A stretch of 58,155 nucleotides of DNA, filler included, from Sphacelaria rigidula (taxonomy: Eukaryota): assembly GCA_964200075.2 (NCBI GenBank). It is 4 parts of 4 records of this genome, joined end to end, with 100 filler letters (N's around TTAATTAATTAA, not from the genome) between each part and the next. Parts side by side here need not be neighbours in the genome. Positions count along the whole stretch, not along the records: positions 1 to 14,468 come from CAXNAA020002228.1; 3 more parts are not named here. One strand, given 5' to 3'. The position numbers and the translations under genes are program-made. The notes beneath the pieces were generated by a model. That model saw nothing but the letters and a program-made list of their open reading frames with translations, did not search any database and was not told the origin of the DNA. Shown one piece after another: positions 1 to 12,576 of this stretch. Within the stretch, counting starts at the first letter, position 1. Each line of letters begins with the position of its first letter.

Positions 1-1211
1 AAAGAAGAAAGGGAAGGGCGGGGGGGGGGGGTGGGGGGGGGGGGGGGGGGGGGGGAGGGGGGGGGGGGGGGGGGGTGGGGTTGCTAGACTAACCTTAATT
101 GCGAGGTGACTAAGCTATAGTATTGTCGTTTAAGGATTTGCACAGACGTATGGCTCGTCGGCTTGTTGAGGCTCACCGGTACACAGAAGCATTAATGTTC
201 TTTGTGTGCCTGCACATTGCTGCAACGTGAAAAGCACGTTCATCTTTTCGAAAACAGAAAATCAGGTGAGATTATTTCGTGTAACCGCCAGTAGTATAAG
301 TCATTCTCCAGTGAGTCCGATGTATGGAGATTAATGCGAAGGTTTGCGGTGAGCTAATATTCTGATATCATCGTAGTCAGGGGCGTATAATGTTGTACAA
401 AGTCGCATGTCTTTGGTGGTGCCTCCGGGGCACTTCTTTCGCCGCACACCCTCCTTATGTAGTGAATTATGTGTCTGACCACTGGTCATTTAGAGCCCAA
501 AAGTTCCCTTTATATCTCTGAGCATCCCGTAATGTTTTCCGAGAAATGGCTGATTTCGATTTTCAAGTTCGTGGAGAATCAGCCCGTCATATTAGCACCC
601 AAAACGTCGTTGGATCTCTGAGCATACCGCCTGAGAATCTTTCATAATATCACAACCACCCAAGCGTGGACCTGCGCGATGTTGGATGCCCCGTTGGAGG
701 AGGTGCTCATGACAGGAATGAGTTTGTTTCTCGCGGGAGAGCTGTCCTGAGTAGATACCCCCCAATTGGAGATGGCTGTCGCCCCTAGTCATGTGTCGGT
801 TGTGCGACTGAAAACAATATTTTCTTTACGAACTTGTCTCCGTGCATTGTATTTTCCGTCCACCCACCTCTGCATCGAAAGTTCTGCACCGTATGAATGA
901 AGTTCAAGCTGTACTATTGAGCCGCTTACCGTGCCTTCATCAGGTAGCATTTTTGAATATTTTTATACAAGTCATTATCCAGAAGTCGGTCGGGGTTTGG
1001 TCCCTCAGCACGTTTTCTCACCATTTTCACCCGAAGCTTGTTCCAAACTCTCAAGTCCATGTTTGGGGTACGTCATATTCGCGTCGAAACTTTGCGTTCT
1101 GCCACGCACACCACAGCAGCAATTACCTCCTTTCTCAAGGTTCCCTAATTTAGCACGGCTTTCCCTCTCCCCTCCCTCTCCCTCGTCACCCGGCACTATC
1201 ATCCTGATTAG

Positions 1212-4200
1212 CTGAGCGAAGCTCCTAGCGTGGGAGTGTACTACGAGGCAGATTGCTTGACGACGCCGATGGCGATGGGGTGTGGGATGGGGGGGTTGAT
1301 TGCAGAGGTGCCGAATGTGTGCCGGTTGTGCATGGTCAACAGGGGGCAGTGGTTGGAGGAGAATCCGGGACGGCGGGACTATGATGTGTAAGTATGGATG
1401 TGTGTGCGCGTTTTGTCACTTCATCTATTCTGGACGCCAGTCGACACCTTTCGGTGTACTTGGGCGCATCAGCCGGGTCATACATAATTGAAGTGATATT
1501 TGGGAACAGTTAAATCAGTGATGGTCTGTCTACTTTTCCCCTTCTTTTGTTTTTGCTTGCTTGGATTTCCTTCACTACTCTACATTTGCTGAGCTTGTTA
1601 GCTATAAGGGTGTCTCGGGGGTAATTACATTACCAAGAACCGTGGTAAAATAAGCAGAGTATCGACTGCCGTGATCACTGGTTGTCCCTGATTTTGGCAC
1701 CTTGAGTAACGACTGACGAGCATTCTTGAGCCTTCTGGGTTACCTGGGGGGATGGAGAACGACTGTAATGCGTGAGAGGACCGCGTGCATAGAGGATCGC
1801 ATCGGGATTTGAACATCCCTACGGTTAGGGTTAGGGTCAGGGGCGTGGTACCTGCAGTGACTGGCCCGATTGTTTTCGAAAAAAGTCGATCCTGAGGTGT
1901 TTTGAACCACGGCGCGATCCTCTGAGCACGCAGTCCTCTCACGCATTACACGACCATCTCGTACCCGCATAATCTGGCCAGCTTGTATTTGGCTCGTCGC
2001 ACTTGATCAGTCACCTCCCAGCAGGTTTACAGAGTCACCGTGGACCCTCTAGTACAGATCTACGATGTTTGACCTTGCTAGGTGTACTTGCTGTGGGAAC
2101 AATTTCATTTTAGTGATGACCGATTCGCACGCTGTCAGACGTGGTGGTCGTCGCCGGTTCCACGATTCATGTGCCTGCAGGAATACACTCAAGATTGCGT
2201 GTGAGTGTGTGTATGATACGAACGAGCACTTGACAGACGTTTGTGGTACGTTCACATCTTCCGTGTGTGCTACTTCCGAGCCTCGCGTGTGCGCGACTTT
2301 CCTGTGTTAACTTTTTGAAAAATTCTTCTTCCTCACTTCTGCTCCGTTCCTTCTCTTCCCTTCAGAGAGTACTTCCGTCTGTTGACCCTGGGTACGTACG
2401 CGCCTATCTTGTGAATGCACCCGAATTCGTGGCAGACCAGCTAATGTACGTCAATCAGTCAAGCAGTCAATCGCACCGTGATTTCCCGTGCGTCGCGATT
2501 GCAGGCCCGATTGCCCTTGCTGCGTTGCGACATACTTCGCCGTGGACTGCATCTCCGAGAACAACAGCTCCTCGACTGGGGTGGACACGGTGGTTTTCTC
2601 CGAGAATCCCGCGGACGTCGTTGTGGGCGTCGCAGTCATTTGTGGTGCGGCTGTATGTGTCTTCTGGTGCTTAGCTTGCATCGCCAAGCAGGTACGGGAA
2701 CACAGGACACTAAACGGAGGCAATATCACGTGTCTGACGGGTGTATACATAATATGTGCGTTGCACAGACAGTACTGTATGTATTCTTGGTTTGTATTGG
2801 GCAAAACCTTCTTTTCCGTGCTCACGATTGATGGAGTGATGAATTGATTGATTGTCGCATATTCACTTCTGTTTAGCCTCGGGTATTCCTATCTTGTGAC
2901 CACGGCTGGATCCCTGGGGGTTCCGTTAAAGTGCGGCAATCAGTCAGAATCGATCAATCATATTAGCTGATCCACCAGGAATCCAGCCGTGGTAGCTTGA
3001 TGGACGTGCCAGAGATCAAAACCAAACGGAAACATTCGCTGAAAGGAAAGTGAGGAAAACAGAACGGAAGAACAGAGTACCTACCCTCAACAGCGAACAA
3101 AACAACGAAATGGCCGGCCTCTGTAGTACGGCTTCAGGTGGATGGAGAAGGTCTTGCGCAAAAACCACGCGTCCACAGTCAATGAAAAGAGCCGTGGGCA
3201 CAGATGACGGCTAATATGTTTTGGCCACGCTATTTTTGACATTAACTACGGAAGCGAGGCACCAAACTGCGATTTGCATACACCGATGGAGAAAGATGAG
3301 TGGAAAGATGAAATAGTGAAGGAGACTACAAAATTGACAAAGCGCAAGGGCACAGTTCAGTAGAGCAGGCACAAACACATGGACCAGGGAACACCTCAAA
3401 ACCACCGACTGATGACCAAATCAACAACCGATAGGAAAAAACAGAGGTATATCAGTTTCTGTGTTAACCCAGCTTCTCCCAGTCCTCCCTAGTCGGGTTC
3501 AAAGCGGGACATTCTCTCGGCCATTTCCATCCTGGGTTCCTTGCGAGATGTCACTGTTGTTGTGGCAGCTGTGGCAGCTCTCCGAATGCCAGTTCTCGAC
3601 GCAGCAGCCTCTTGTTCGTGGGGGACGTCCGATTCGCGTTTTTTCCTGCTCGCCACCATGTGTTCTCGGGCCGTTCCGTCCCTTACTCGACTCCAAGATG
3701 CCATTTGCCAATCTTCTCCGCCGCAGTGACCCAACCGTATGCTTCTTTGACCTCCACACCGTACATGAAACATATCCGTCTTGCGCCTTTGCGTAAAAGG
3801 GCCCGTAGTCAACGTAGGTTCTCGTGGACGGTTGTGCCCCCAGTGTTTCGGGGGTTGGCCAGTCTCCCTTTGCCCTTGTCTGGCTAATACTACACTAACG
3901 GTGCACACACAGTCGATCCGCAGAAATCGCGTAACATCCACGACGAGGAATGTCTGAAACAACGTCCGTTTTCCGACGATGAGAAAGAGAAGTCAAGGAC
4001 GGCATCTCGCGTTCGGGCAGGTTGATTTCGGTTTGGATTGGAGCGAAAATAATGTACTGTTCCCGCTCGATGGCGCACTCCCGGCCCGTCCATCTCAACA
4101 CGTACTCTGTACGATTGATCCCCCGACTCACAAAAAACATGATTCCAAAACACGACCACAGCGCAAACGAGTGCAGCAGCTGGGTCAGTCCACCGGGCCG

Positions 4201-4338
4201 CAAAGCTTCGCTGCTCGAGGGGGAAGCGAGGAGACTGCAGGCAAGGATGGCGGCGGGAATGAGAGCCAGACGCCACTGGTGGACACGCCTTCGTTGGCGA
4301 CTGGGAGCGGAAGCTTGTTCGGAAAGGGCTCTACGTGA
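1212..4338 (+). CDS. Spliced gene (5'-partial) for a Cys-rich single-pass (type I-like) membrane protein; exons 1212-1387, 2505-2691, 4162-4338 (or to 4334 if spliced further)
   Basis: Manual splicing. A polypyrimidine tract and ttag| precede 1212; exon 1 reads LSEAPSVGVYYEADCLTTPMAMGCGMGGLIAEVPNVCRLCMVNRGQWLEENPGRRDYDV and ends at a phase-2 donor |gtaagt (1388). A phase-2 acceptor ttgcag| opens exon 2505-2691, PDCPCCVATYFAVDCISENNSSSTGVDTVVFSENPADVVVGVAVICGAAVCVFWCLACIAKQ, ending |gtacgg. A phase-0 acceptor cacag| opens 4162, RKRVQQLGQSTG...GKGST*. All phases are compatible, and the ~23-aa hydrophobic helix is followed directly by KQRKR. Confidence 0.7.
2899..2993. mobile_element. Short MITE-like element with terminal inverted repeats, inside an intron
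   Basis: accacggctggat at 2899-2911 and its reverse complement atccagccgtggt at 2981-2993, with further imperfect pairing inward. Confidence 0.5.
3015..3480. repeat. Diverged interspersed repeat, related copy at ~8895-9420
   Basis: Shared colinear blocks: aacagagta, ggcttcaggtg, caaccgatag...tatcagtttc (3425-3459 vs 9373-9404). Boundaries approximate. Confidence 0.4.
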
Positions 4339-6961
4339 GGAACTTTTGTGATGTTTCGAGTAATCCAACGATAGACGGGGGAACGGGGTCGATTGCATGA
4401 AACAAGGCGGTTTTTGGGTGTGCTTCCAAGATCTCCCATCCTCGTTCCGGGTTTGTTCGTGGTGAAAAATGTTGCCAAGCGGTGTGTATAAGTGTGTTTT
4501 GTTGTGCATAAGTGTGTTTTGTTGTCACCATGAGCGCCCAACTCATATTTGTCACTTGCAACGCCGCTTCAAAGTGGCTCGTTCGTCGCCAAAAATGACT
4601 CGACATCCGCCGCCCCGCTATGCCAACCGTAGCGTTGATCATTCGCTGTGTCTTCCCGGTGCTTCAGAAGTCGATTATTTCGCGCGTGTGTGCACGTGGT
4701 CGGGTTTGCGCTCTACAGACACTTCATTGTAGGCCGTCGTCTCATCAGCTCAGACGTATTTCCTTCAACAAATATCGGCAGCTTCCACACATGTAGAGCC
4801 TCACAAACCCGTGATGCTTGAACGGTGAACTGCACTCATCAATGCACGAATCAAGCGTTTTATTTTATTTTGTGGCATAATGTGCTTTTGCATCTCTTCG
4901 CCATATATATATATATATATATATATACCGTTTATAATTCCATTCTTCTCATAGTTGAATTGACGACTCGAAAAATCAAGGGATGGGCGTATAAATGTTC
5001 AAGTGTCGATACCTGCTTGCATTGTAGTGGTATTATCATCATGGAGTGGTGGCAGTAATGCAGGATCGACTCTCCAGTATGTTCGACATTCGATACCTCA
5101 GGTGCCCCTGAGTAGTTCGACAGCGAAAATAACCTTGATCGACGTGATAGCACGGTACTCTACCGCTCCCCGGCTTTTCACCGCACGACGGTAGTGTTCA
5201 GCCCTTCAGGCGCGAAACCCAGGATGGACCCTATAACTAGACCCGAAAGTAAGGAAAGCAAATCTTTTGGCAGAACAGTAGAGCATGACTCAGGTTGGGC
5301 CCCACATAATACATAGCATGGTTTCATATGGGGGTGGTGCTCCCAATTAAAGAGGGATCGCGCAGATGAGGCGTCGGGATTTTTTACCCTCAAGGTAAGC
5401 CGGGGATTGTGTTCCGAAAAGAGTCTGGTTCCCGAGGGGTTGAAGAGTTGCAATGCATGCCAGCATGGCGATGTGATACTTTGTTGCTTCATTTGCAATA
5501 ATCAACGATGTTCGATACTTTTCACGCTGTCCACCACAATATCCTCCAGATGTGATGAGTATAATTCGTGTATCTGGTTTCCGGTACTCGCCATCGTTTG
5601 CAAAACCCCATCAATAGGCAAAGCAGTCGGTCGCGGGGAACAATGGCTGCGGGACGAGATGGAGAAGTGTCGGGAGATATCGAACTCGGACTAAGCGCTA
5701 CACAGGTGGGTCCTCCTCTGAGTCGTTTTTCTACTGTTTGCTAACTCTTTACGCTTTGTCGGGGGTTTTCGGTCGCGTTTCTGATTGGGGGGATGTGTGT
5801 ACTAGAGTCATACGACTGTTCAATGCAACACATGGAGACCTTTTGGTCAAATGTATTGGTTTCCAAGTGTACATGATGAGCCGCCCTTGTTCTGTCGCGC
5901 CATTGACCGTATACTCGTACTCGTTTGGACTGTTGCGGGTGTGATAGTTCCGCGTCAATGTGAAGATGTTGGTCGCTTGAAGAACGTAGCGCGTTGATAT
6001 TCAGAAGTGGCATTTTTCTTCTTCTCCGTAGTGTTCGAAAATTCGATTTCAAAACAAGTCTCGCCAAATTTTCATCGCTTCCATCTGGTAGGAAGGTGGT
6101 CGTCTGAGAGTTGCACCCGATTGGAGGATTGTCAGGGAAAATAGACATTTTTGCCGACCGGATGATAGATGGTGACGATATCTTTGTGCGTAGTTCGAAG
6201 GCCGTCGCGTGGGATTCTCACGTTTGCTCTCCGGTTTGAAGATGGTCATGTACGAATTTCTTCTTGTCTGCCGCTTCGGAGATGGTCATACGACAGCTTG
6301 TCTCTCACATCAAACGCCTTGACCACGGTACGAGGATTTAAGCGCATTATTCCTGAGTATAGACATGCACACAGCGGTTGGCGTGAACGATACTGAGGAT
6401 CAAATAGGTGAACATATCGCGTTCCGCGCAATGCACAGCTGGAAGCGCGCGTCCCTTCCGTTGTCATATTTGGGGTCTCTCGTGAGTGTCTTGTCACAAG
6501 GAAGAGGTTCACCAACAACACTGTTTGATAAAACGGAAACCTTAGCAGATCAATTCCTCCTACGCCTTCTCGTCTCCAACGTCTCTACCGTGTACATCGT
6601 CCCGACAACAGTGTTGTTTTTTTATAAAACTTTTTACCCGTCAGCTTCTTTGAGATGAATCTGAAGTCTGAACGGACCAACCCATGTCTCGCTTGGAATA
6701 CCCTCAGAATATCGTTCTAAACCCTTCCCCTTCCTCTTTCTTCTCCACCATCTACCTATGTTGATTTTTTGTTGTTGTAGCAGCTTCCTTTCTTCTTTCC
6801 TTTCTGTGGCTGTTGCTTCTATCTTCTTCTGTTTTTCTGTTTTTATTTTTTCGCTGCTCCTGACCACGGGTTGAATTGTTGCAATCAGCTGATGTGAGAA
6901 AATCAATGAATGCGCAGCATCTTCACTGTAACACTGCACTCCCCCGCGCCTACCCTTACAG

Positions 6962-7264
6962 AATGAGGGAGCAGGAGTCCTGAGCCGTACTCGGCCACGT
7001 TCGGTAGGAAGCAGTTTCAGGGGAATCCTGAGAGGGGCGGCGGGTGGCGGGGCGACAGCGAAAACGCGGGATAAAAAGAGCAACACTCCCAATCGAAATA
7101 CCGAGTCGGCTGGTGATTTTTCGAAAAGGGCAGCGGGTGAAAATAATGTGGAGAATGACATCTCGAGGCAAAGCGGTGCGGGGGAATACGCCGAGATCTA
7201 CGAGATCTACGCAGATGATGCCGACCAGGAGAGGCGCGGCGAATTAGGGACCGGGGACGAGGCG
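6962..7264 (+). CDS. Putative orphan coding exon (101 codons, low complexity), possibly a further cytoplasmic-tail exon of the upstream membrane-protein gene
   Basis: Acceptor ctacccttacag| then a stop-free GC-rich frame NEGAGVLSRTRPRS...EYAEIYEIYADDADQERRGELGTGDEA, then donor |gtgagc. Phase 0-0, which does not join directly to the possible phase-2 donor at 4335. Confidence 0.4.
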
Positions 7265-7642
7265 GTGAGCGAAACGGGGTCTCCTAAGAATCCGCGTGAA
7301 CCGGCACACCTCATCCCACCCAGGCTACAGGTTAGATGTCTTTTTCAAGCATGTCGCCACATGTAATACTACCCTGGCTGCGTAAGACAGGATGGCTTCT
7401 GGTTTGATTCACCCTCAATCCTGCTGCTGGAAAGTATCCGCCATATCAACCAGTATACACGCATATTAAAGCATGCCGAAGCATTGCAAAGTATCTGTCC
7501 TAAAGACCAAGTGAGTGCTAAAGCACGGATTTTCCCCGGCGCACAGGATGGGACGAACAATTCCAGCCTCGTTCCGTCTTGTTTTCACGGGAAGATTGGA
7601 ATCGTCCACACGTCGTACAGCTCATTAGCTACCCAAAATAAC

Positions 7643-8022
7643 CAGGGATATACACGTTACACACGTGACACATTTGAAAAAAACGAAAAAAACGTAACTT
7701 TGGGCCTCGTGACGTGATGTAACGTTTTGGCCTTGAAGCAGTGTCTCTTGGGATTTCCCACATGTACATAAAGTGTTTTTCTTGTGAATTTTTTACATGA
7801 CACGTGACACGTTACATATTAACGAAAACAAGCAGATTTTGCGTCACATTTGGGAAGCAAAACGCTCTGTTGGGGTTCATGCGAAGGACCACACGTTACA
7901 TCACGTCACGTTACATTTGACCCATCCAACAAAGCAAACCTTGCGTAGCGTTAAATGACCCATTTTTTTTTTTTTTTCGAATGTGTCACCTAAAAATCCC
8001 ACGTGTAACGTGTATATCCCTG
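7643..8022. mobile_element. hAT-type MITE (380 bp)
   Basis: Perfect 20-bp TIR cagggatatacacgttacac / gtgtaacgtgtatatccctg; 8-bp flanks aaaataac / gaaataac (TSD, 1 mismatch); internal cacgttaca/acgtgac repeats. Confidence 0.8.
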
Positions 8023-8514
8023 GAAATAACTAATCGAAGGGGACTCTCAGATCCCTCATCCAAAAACACGAACTGCGTGACAGCAGGGTCCGAGAAGCCG
8101 GAGCGCTACCTTTACGCTATTCCGCGTGCTCCATGTCCAGCGCTGTAGGTGGAAAATATGGAAAAAGCGACCACATGACCAAGCTCGTGATCCGGATCAG
8201 TACACTAATAAGAAGTAAAATTGAGGTACATCATGACCTGTCCAACGTGTGGAATCGTCCGGTGAGATTTCTCGTCCCGCCCTGTCCCGCCGTCACAGGA
8301 AGTGTGCGTAGACACACCCCAAGATATGTACTCTGATCTCCAGAAAGTTGTGCAAGCGATGCCTTCACACATCGTCAAAGCAAAGGATCGCGAATTCACA
8401 CCTTTCCTGTAAGATCCACGTTTCGCATCCGACAAAGATCATAATGTCCTTTAAGTCACCTTTAATTTCCTGCGAGATTAGCCAGGGTGTATTGTGAGCT
8501 GCAATGGGAGACAC

Positions 8515-8710
8515 CCACCGACGTCCCGTGTGCACGGGACGGGAACGGGAAAAACCAGGATCGGATCGGGAGAAGATACCTTTTCTGGTCCACCCGAAAA
8601 TCGACGGGACGTCAAGGGAATTTTCCCGTTGCCAAACCATTACGAGACGGGATGTAACCGGTTCGTTTCGTCCCGGACTTTTTTTTCTGTTGGATGCTTC
8701 CCCGTGAAAA
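8515..8710. repeat. cgggac/gtcccg motif-rich repeat (probable MITE remnant)
   Basis: Palindrome gtcccgtgtgcacgggac and several cggga/tcccg motifs in both orientations; termini not resolved. Confidence 0.35.
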
Positions 8711-10167
8711 ACCCTGGTTGTTCTTGGAGAAAACGGCATGCAGTAGTCAGCCTCGGCTACGAGAGGGGGACTCGGGATTTGAGCCATGCGCCAGAATCTA
8801 CCTTTTATTATATGTGATATGAAATTATGATACACGGGTATATCAGCAAGCCATGGTTCAATGATTGACTCACACGGATCGTTCCTCTATAAATCCCGGC
8901 GGGGTCGCAATACAGATATGAGTACAGTACGTGAGTGGAAACGCCCGTAAAAGGAAACTCTACGAGAAAAGAGAAGATGAATCACGGAGTAAGGAGGAAG
9001 CAAACAGAGTAGTAACCCGAATAAAAAGAGAAAATAATAGGGTATGGTCACGTAGTGCAGGTCTTGAGAAATTTTCGACAGGCCCCCATCAGGGCTTCAG
9101 GTGAGGAGGCCGTATCAACATTAATGCCGTGAAAGAAGGTTGTAACTCACAGCTGTCTCGGGACCACAGCATTTGGGCCGAAACTCTCATCCATCGGTGG
9201 GGTACGGAGAAAGATCGTCTCAGAGGTAGAAACCAAGAGAACGAAACAGAGAACAAAAATGAATAAACTGAGGAGGGACAGGAAAATAGGGTGCGCAGAT
9301 AAACCGCAGAATATGAGCAGAAAATACTGTGTGAGAAAATAGCTGAAGTTGCAAGCTACTAGTAAAAGCCAGCAACCGATAGAAATAGGCAGGGGTATCA
9401 GTTTCCTCTCATTTGTCCGGCCCCCCGTCATCCGTAGTCAGGCACCAAGTGAGTCACTCTCTGGACGACTTTGATATTGTATTCCTCGACAACTGTTGCT
9501 ACTCTCGTGCCTGTTGTACCGGCTTTCCTTTCGGCGCCTCGCAACGCAAACAACCTACTGCCGGTAACGTAGCTTAGATTGACAGAGATATTCGCGCCGC
9601 TACACCGCCTCAAATTCTTCCTTCCTGTTTTCGATTCACATGTGCCCGTTTCTCACGTTCTGGCCGGCGGTGACCGAGTCTGTCTTTGACCCCAAGACGG
9701 TAAACAAACCACTTTTTCGTTTTCCCTTTCGTAGGATAACCCGTGGGGTATGCAGGTTCTCCGGGAGCCCCCCCCCTCCTCCCAATGTTTTGGAGGGCCG
9801 GCCGTCCTCCTTGAAACCTTCGTGCGTCCACCTATGGTGCGCTCAGAAACACGTGTGAAGTCCTGGGGGATGAGCTCTCCCCGAGGACAACGATAGCGCT
9901 TGCGGATAGTCGCCTCATTACGTTCGCATTCGATCCTCCTCACCCCTTGACACCCAGGGTGGGCGATCTTGGTATCAAATATTTGCGTTTTCAAGTGAAG
10001 ATCATGCCGATCTGTAGCGTCAAGCATGCCAATGCGGCGTGCGATTTCGACATCAATATGCGCATGTTCGCTCATCGCACCACCGATGTAGATATAATCG
10101 GTCGTTTGCCTGTATCGTCAGCCTTACACCCTGCAGTGTGGTATAAATGCTGCGTACACATACAGTA

Positions 10168-10399
10168 ATACGAAATATATATTCTTACGCTGCCGCTCCC
10201 TGCTGGCGGAACGGTGACACCAGTGAGTGCTCAGGGCGAAAGATTAAGGGTTCGAATCCCGAGAAGTAAGATTTCCAGCTACGGAACGCAGATACGAAAT
10301 ATATATTCTTACGCTGCCGCTCCCTGCTGGCGGAACGGTGACACCAGTGAGTGCTCAGGGCGAAAGATTAAGGGTTCGAATCCCGAGAAGTAAGATTTC
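10168..10399 (+). repeat. Exact 108-bp tandem duplication of a tRNA-derived SINE-like head (Pol III A and B boxes)
   Basis: 10168-10275 is identical to 10292-10399. Each copy has tggcggaacgg (A-box-like) and ggttcgaatccc (B-box). No cloverleaf acceptor stem. Confidence 0.75.
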
Positions 10400-11245
10400 T
10401 GCGTTCCGTAGCTGGAAGCGTGACGACGTGGATATCCAGTAAAAATTGACGAGAGGCGACACGGCGTAGGAGTGCTGATAATCATGATCCAATCCTACAT
10501 AACGAAACGTCAGGCACGTGCCGGGGGCGACATGGGTTGATTCATCGAAACTACGGGGGGGTTCTGGGGGAAGGGTGAGGGTTTCACGAGTACAGCAGAA
10601 GAAACACGAGAAAAATAATCATTAAACACCGTCGTCACCCCCTGAAAATTCACATGAAAGCGTGGAACATGTCTCGACATGTTGCGCTCCGTTGATATGT
10701 CGATGTGTGTCAGGGGAGCGTAAGGGGTACCAGTACATATCGATGTTTCAATACACCTAGGTGAAGGTGCGATACTAGAATTCATCTGATCGGGCCGTGC
10801 TTATTATTTAGAATCGGTGAACGAAGATCTTGCTAGATTTATCAGTGAACATATCTGCACGAATGCATGGTTCGTTCGATGTGTCACTAGATCATACCAG
10901 GCTCATCTTGGCACCCGAGACACATTCCTTTGGTGAGGGCTACTTTTCGAGCGCACCGGCAGAGGATATCCCGGAAGCAACGCTGGATTCATACTTTTGA
11001 AGCGTTCCAATCCTTCCCTGCATATTACAAACCCGTTCGGTACTGTGATCCAGCACCCGATGAAAGGTTACGGATCTCTGATACAGTATACATAACGGCG
11101 AGGAGCCCCCGCCCGCAACAATATGCGGTACACGGAATGTACGGAGTTTGGCCTGTGCGAAGTTATTACGCGCCGCGCACACCGTGTCCCGCGTGTATTC
11201 TGCGGCTATCCGTGTAGATACATCGCCACAGCATCAAAGCTTTCA

Positions 11246-11643
11246 ACAACATGTTCGTGACATTAGGAACGGATTTTTCATTTCATAACAGGATGTTTTC
11301 CGTGATTTACAACAAGACGGTCGAATCGTCCGAAACGGCGGTCACTCCCGTGAAAGCCCGTGACCTCACGGCAACTCTGGTACAAAACGATTTCAGATCG
11401 ACGTGGTCAGCGCAGAGTTATGATGAAGGAAATGTGCCCAAAACGAGATTGAATGTTCTGCACATTTACGGCTGTACCTCATGGGAAGTGTTACCGATTT
11501 AAAACCTGTTTGCGCCAAAATTCTCGTCAGATCACGGGCTTTCAGCGGGGGTGACGGGCGTTTCGAACGACCTTCTTGATGCAAACCACGTGAAACCTCC
11601 CATCCTGGAAAAACACCCGTTCCATATCTCACGAACATGTTGT
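11246..11643. repeat. Diverged ~150-bp inverted repeat pair (11246-11400 / 11495-11643)
   Basis: acaacatgttcgtga...gaaagcccgtgacctcac...gatcg matches the reverse complement of 11495-11643; also visible in the ORF track as KARDLTATLVQNDFRS vs KARDLTRILAQTGFKS. Confidence 0.7.
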
Positions 11644-12576
11644 GGATAATCGGCACAGCCTCGAAGCTTTTGTCGAAGGTCAACGTGGAGCCGGCGCCGA
11701 AGAAACAACTTTCGATACCGCGTCTGTGCACTGCCGCTAATTTGAGGAATTGCCACAAGGAGGAACAATTGTCACAAGCGTCTACAGATGACGTGACATC
11801 CCTGTTTTTGCAATGGTATCGTTGCATCAAGCGTCCCCCCATGGAACCAGAATGTCGAGAGTCCGAGTTGGCCCTCCGGTACCGTGACACGACTGCGTTC
11901 GCCAACATGAGCAGGGCGCAAAAATGGTGAGGCATCTGTCACTGTGTGGCTTCAGAAGCGTGTTAGCGTAGTACAAGGTTTATTTCGACTGTACGATGTC
12001 GTATGGATGACCGTCCACGCGCGAAAGACTGAAGTTTTTTCGATCAAGTGATTCGGTTCGTTGTAGGGTATCTCCTGATCGGCTACCAACCCAGCAGCGA
12101 TCACAGACAGGACCACCCAAGAGCTATGGGCGGAAGCATTTGCTGAGTAGAGAGTACTCTAGTGAAGAGAACATATGAAGAATGAAGGAACGACGAAATA
12201 AACAGAGTGGACTGACAAGAATTATCAGTCTTACTATTACATAGAACCCTGGCAGTCCCCTGCGGGAGCTAGGTCGTGCGGGGATTTCTGGCTTTCCCGA
12301 CTGGAGACCTGATTTTTAGACGGGAGGTCTCGGGCTTCAACGCCGCAGGAAAAAGAGACGAACGTCTGTTCGGTAGGAACATTGAGAAGAACCGTAAGAA
12401 CCGTAAGAACAAGCAGAAATGAGGAGGAACTCGTAATACATTGAAGGAGGAAATTTAGAGAGGGGGGGGAGGCAGGCAGGCAAACACGCAGGGAGAAAAT
12501 GTAAATGGAGAAGAGCTCTAGACACAATGGCAAAATCGTTACCAGCACGCCAAAGTAGGGATGCATTACAAGAGTT

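Noticed and set aside
1..80. Poly-G run (also 43493-43560) as a G-quadruplex element
   Set aside because: Both sit at contig ends, where low-quality or poly-G artefacts are common.
258..265. Possible 8-nt micro-exon (aacag|AAAATCAG|gtgaga) upstream of the Cys-rich gene
   Set aside because: Phase-compatible, but too short to support without transcripts.
1824..1841. TTAGGG-like repeats (also 25755-25765 and 34206-34236)
   Set aside because: Only 2-4 degenerate units inside repeats; not telomeres.
5150..6560. Possible decayed LINE or other coding relic (VVKAFD motif)
   Set aside because: No second motif could be placed; unsupported.
10195..10265. tRNA gene or CRISPR-like repeat-spacer unit
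   Set aside because: No cloverleaf; only two 108-bp units and the spacer is a local inversion; eukaryotic context with no cas genes.
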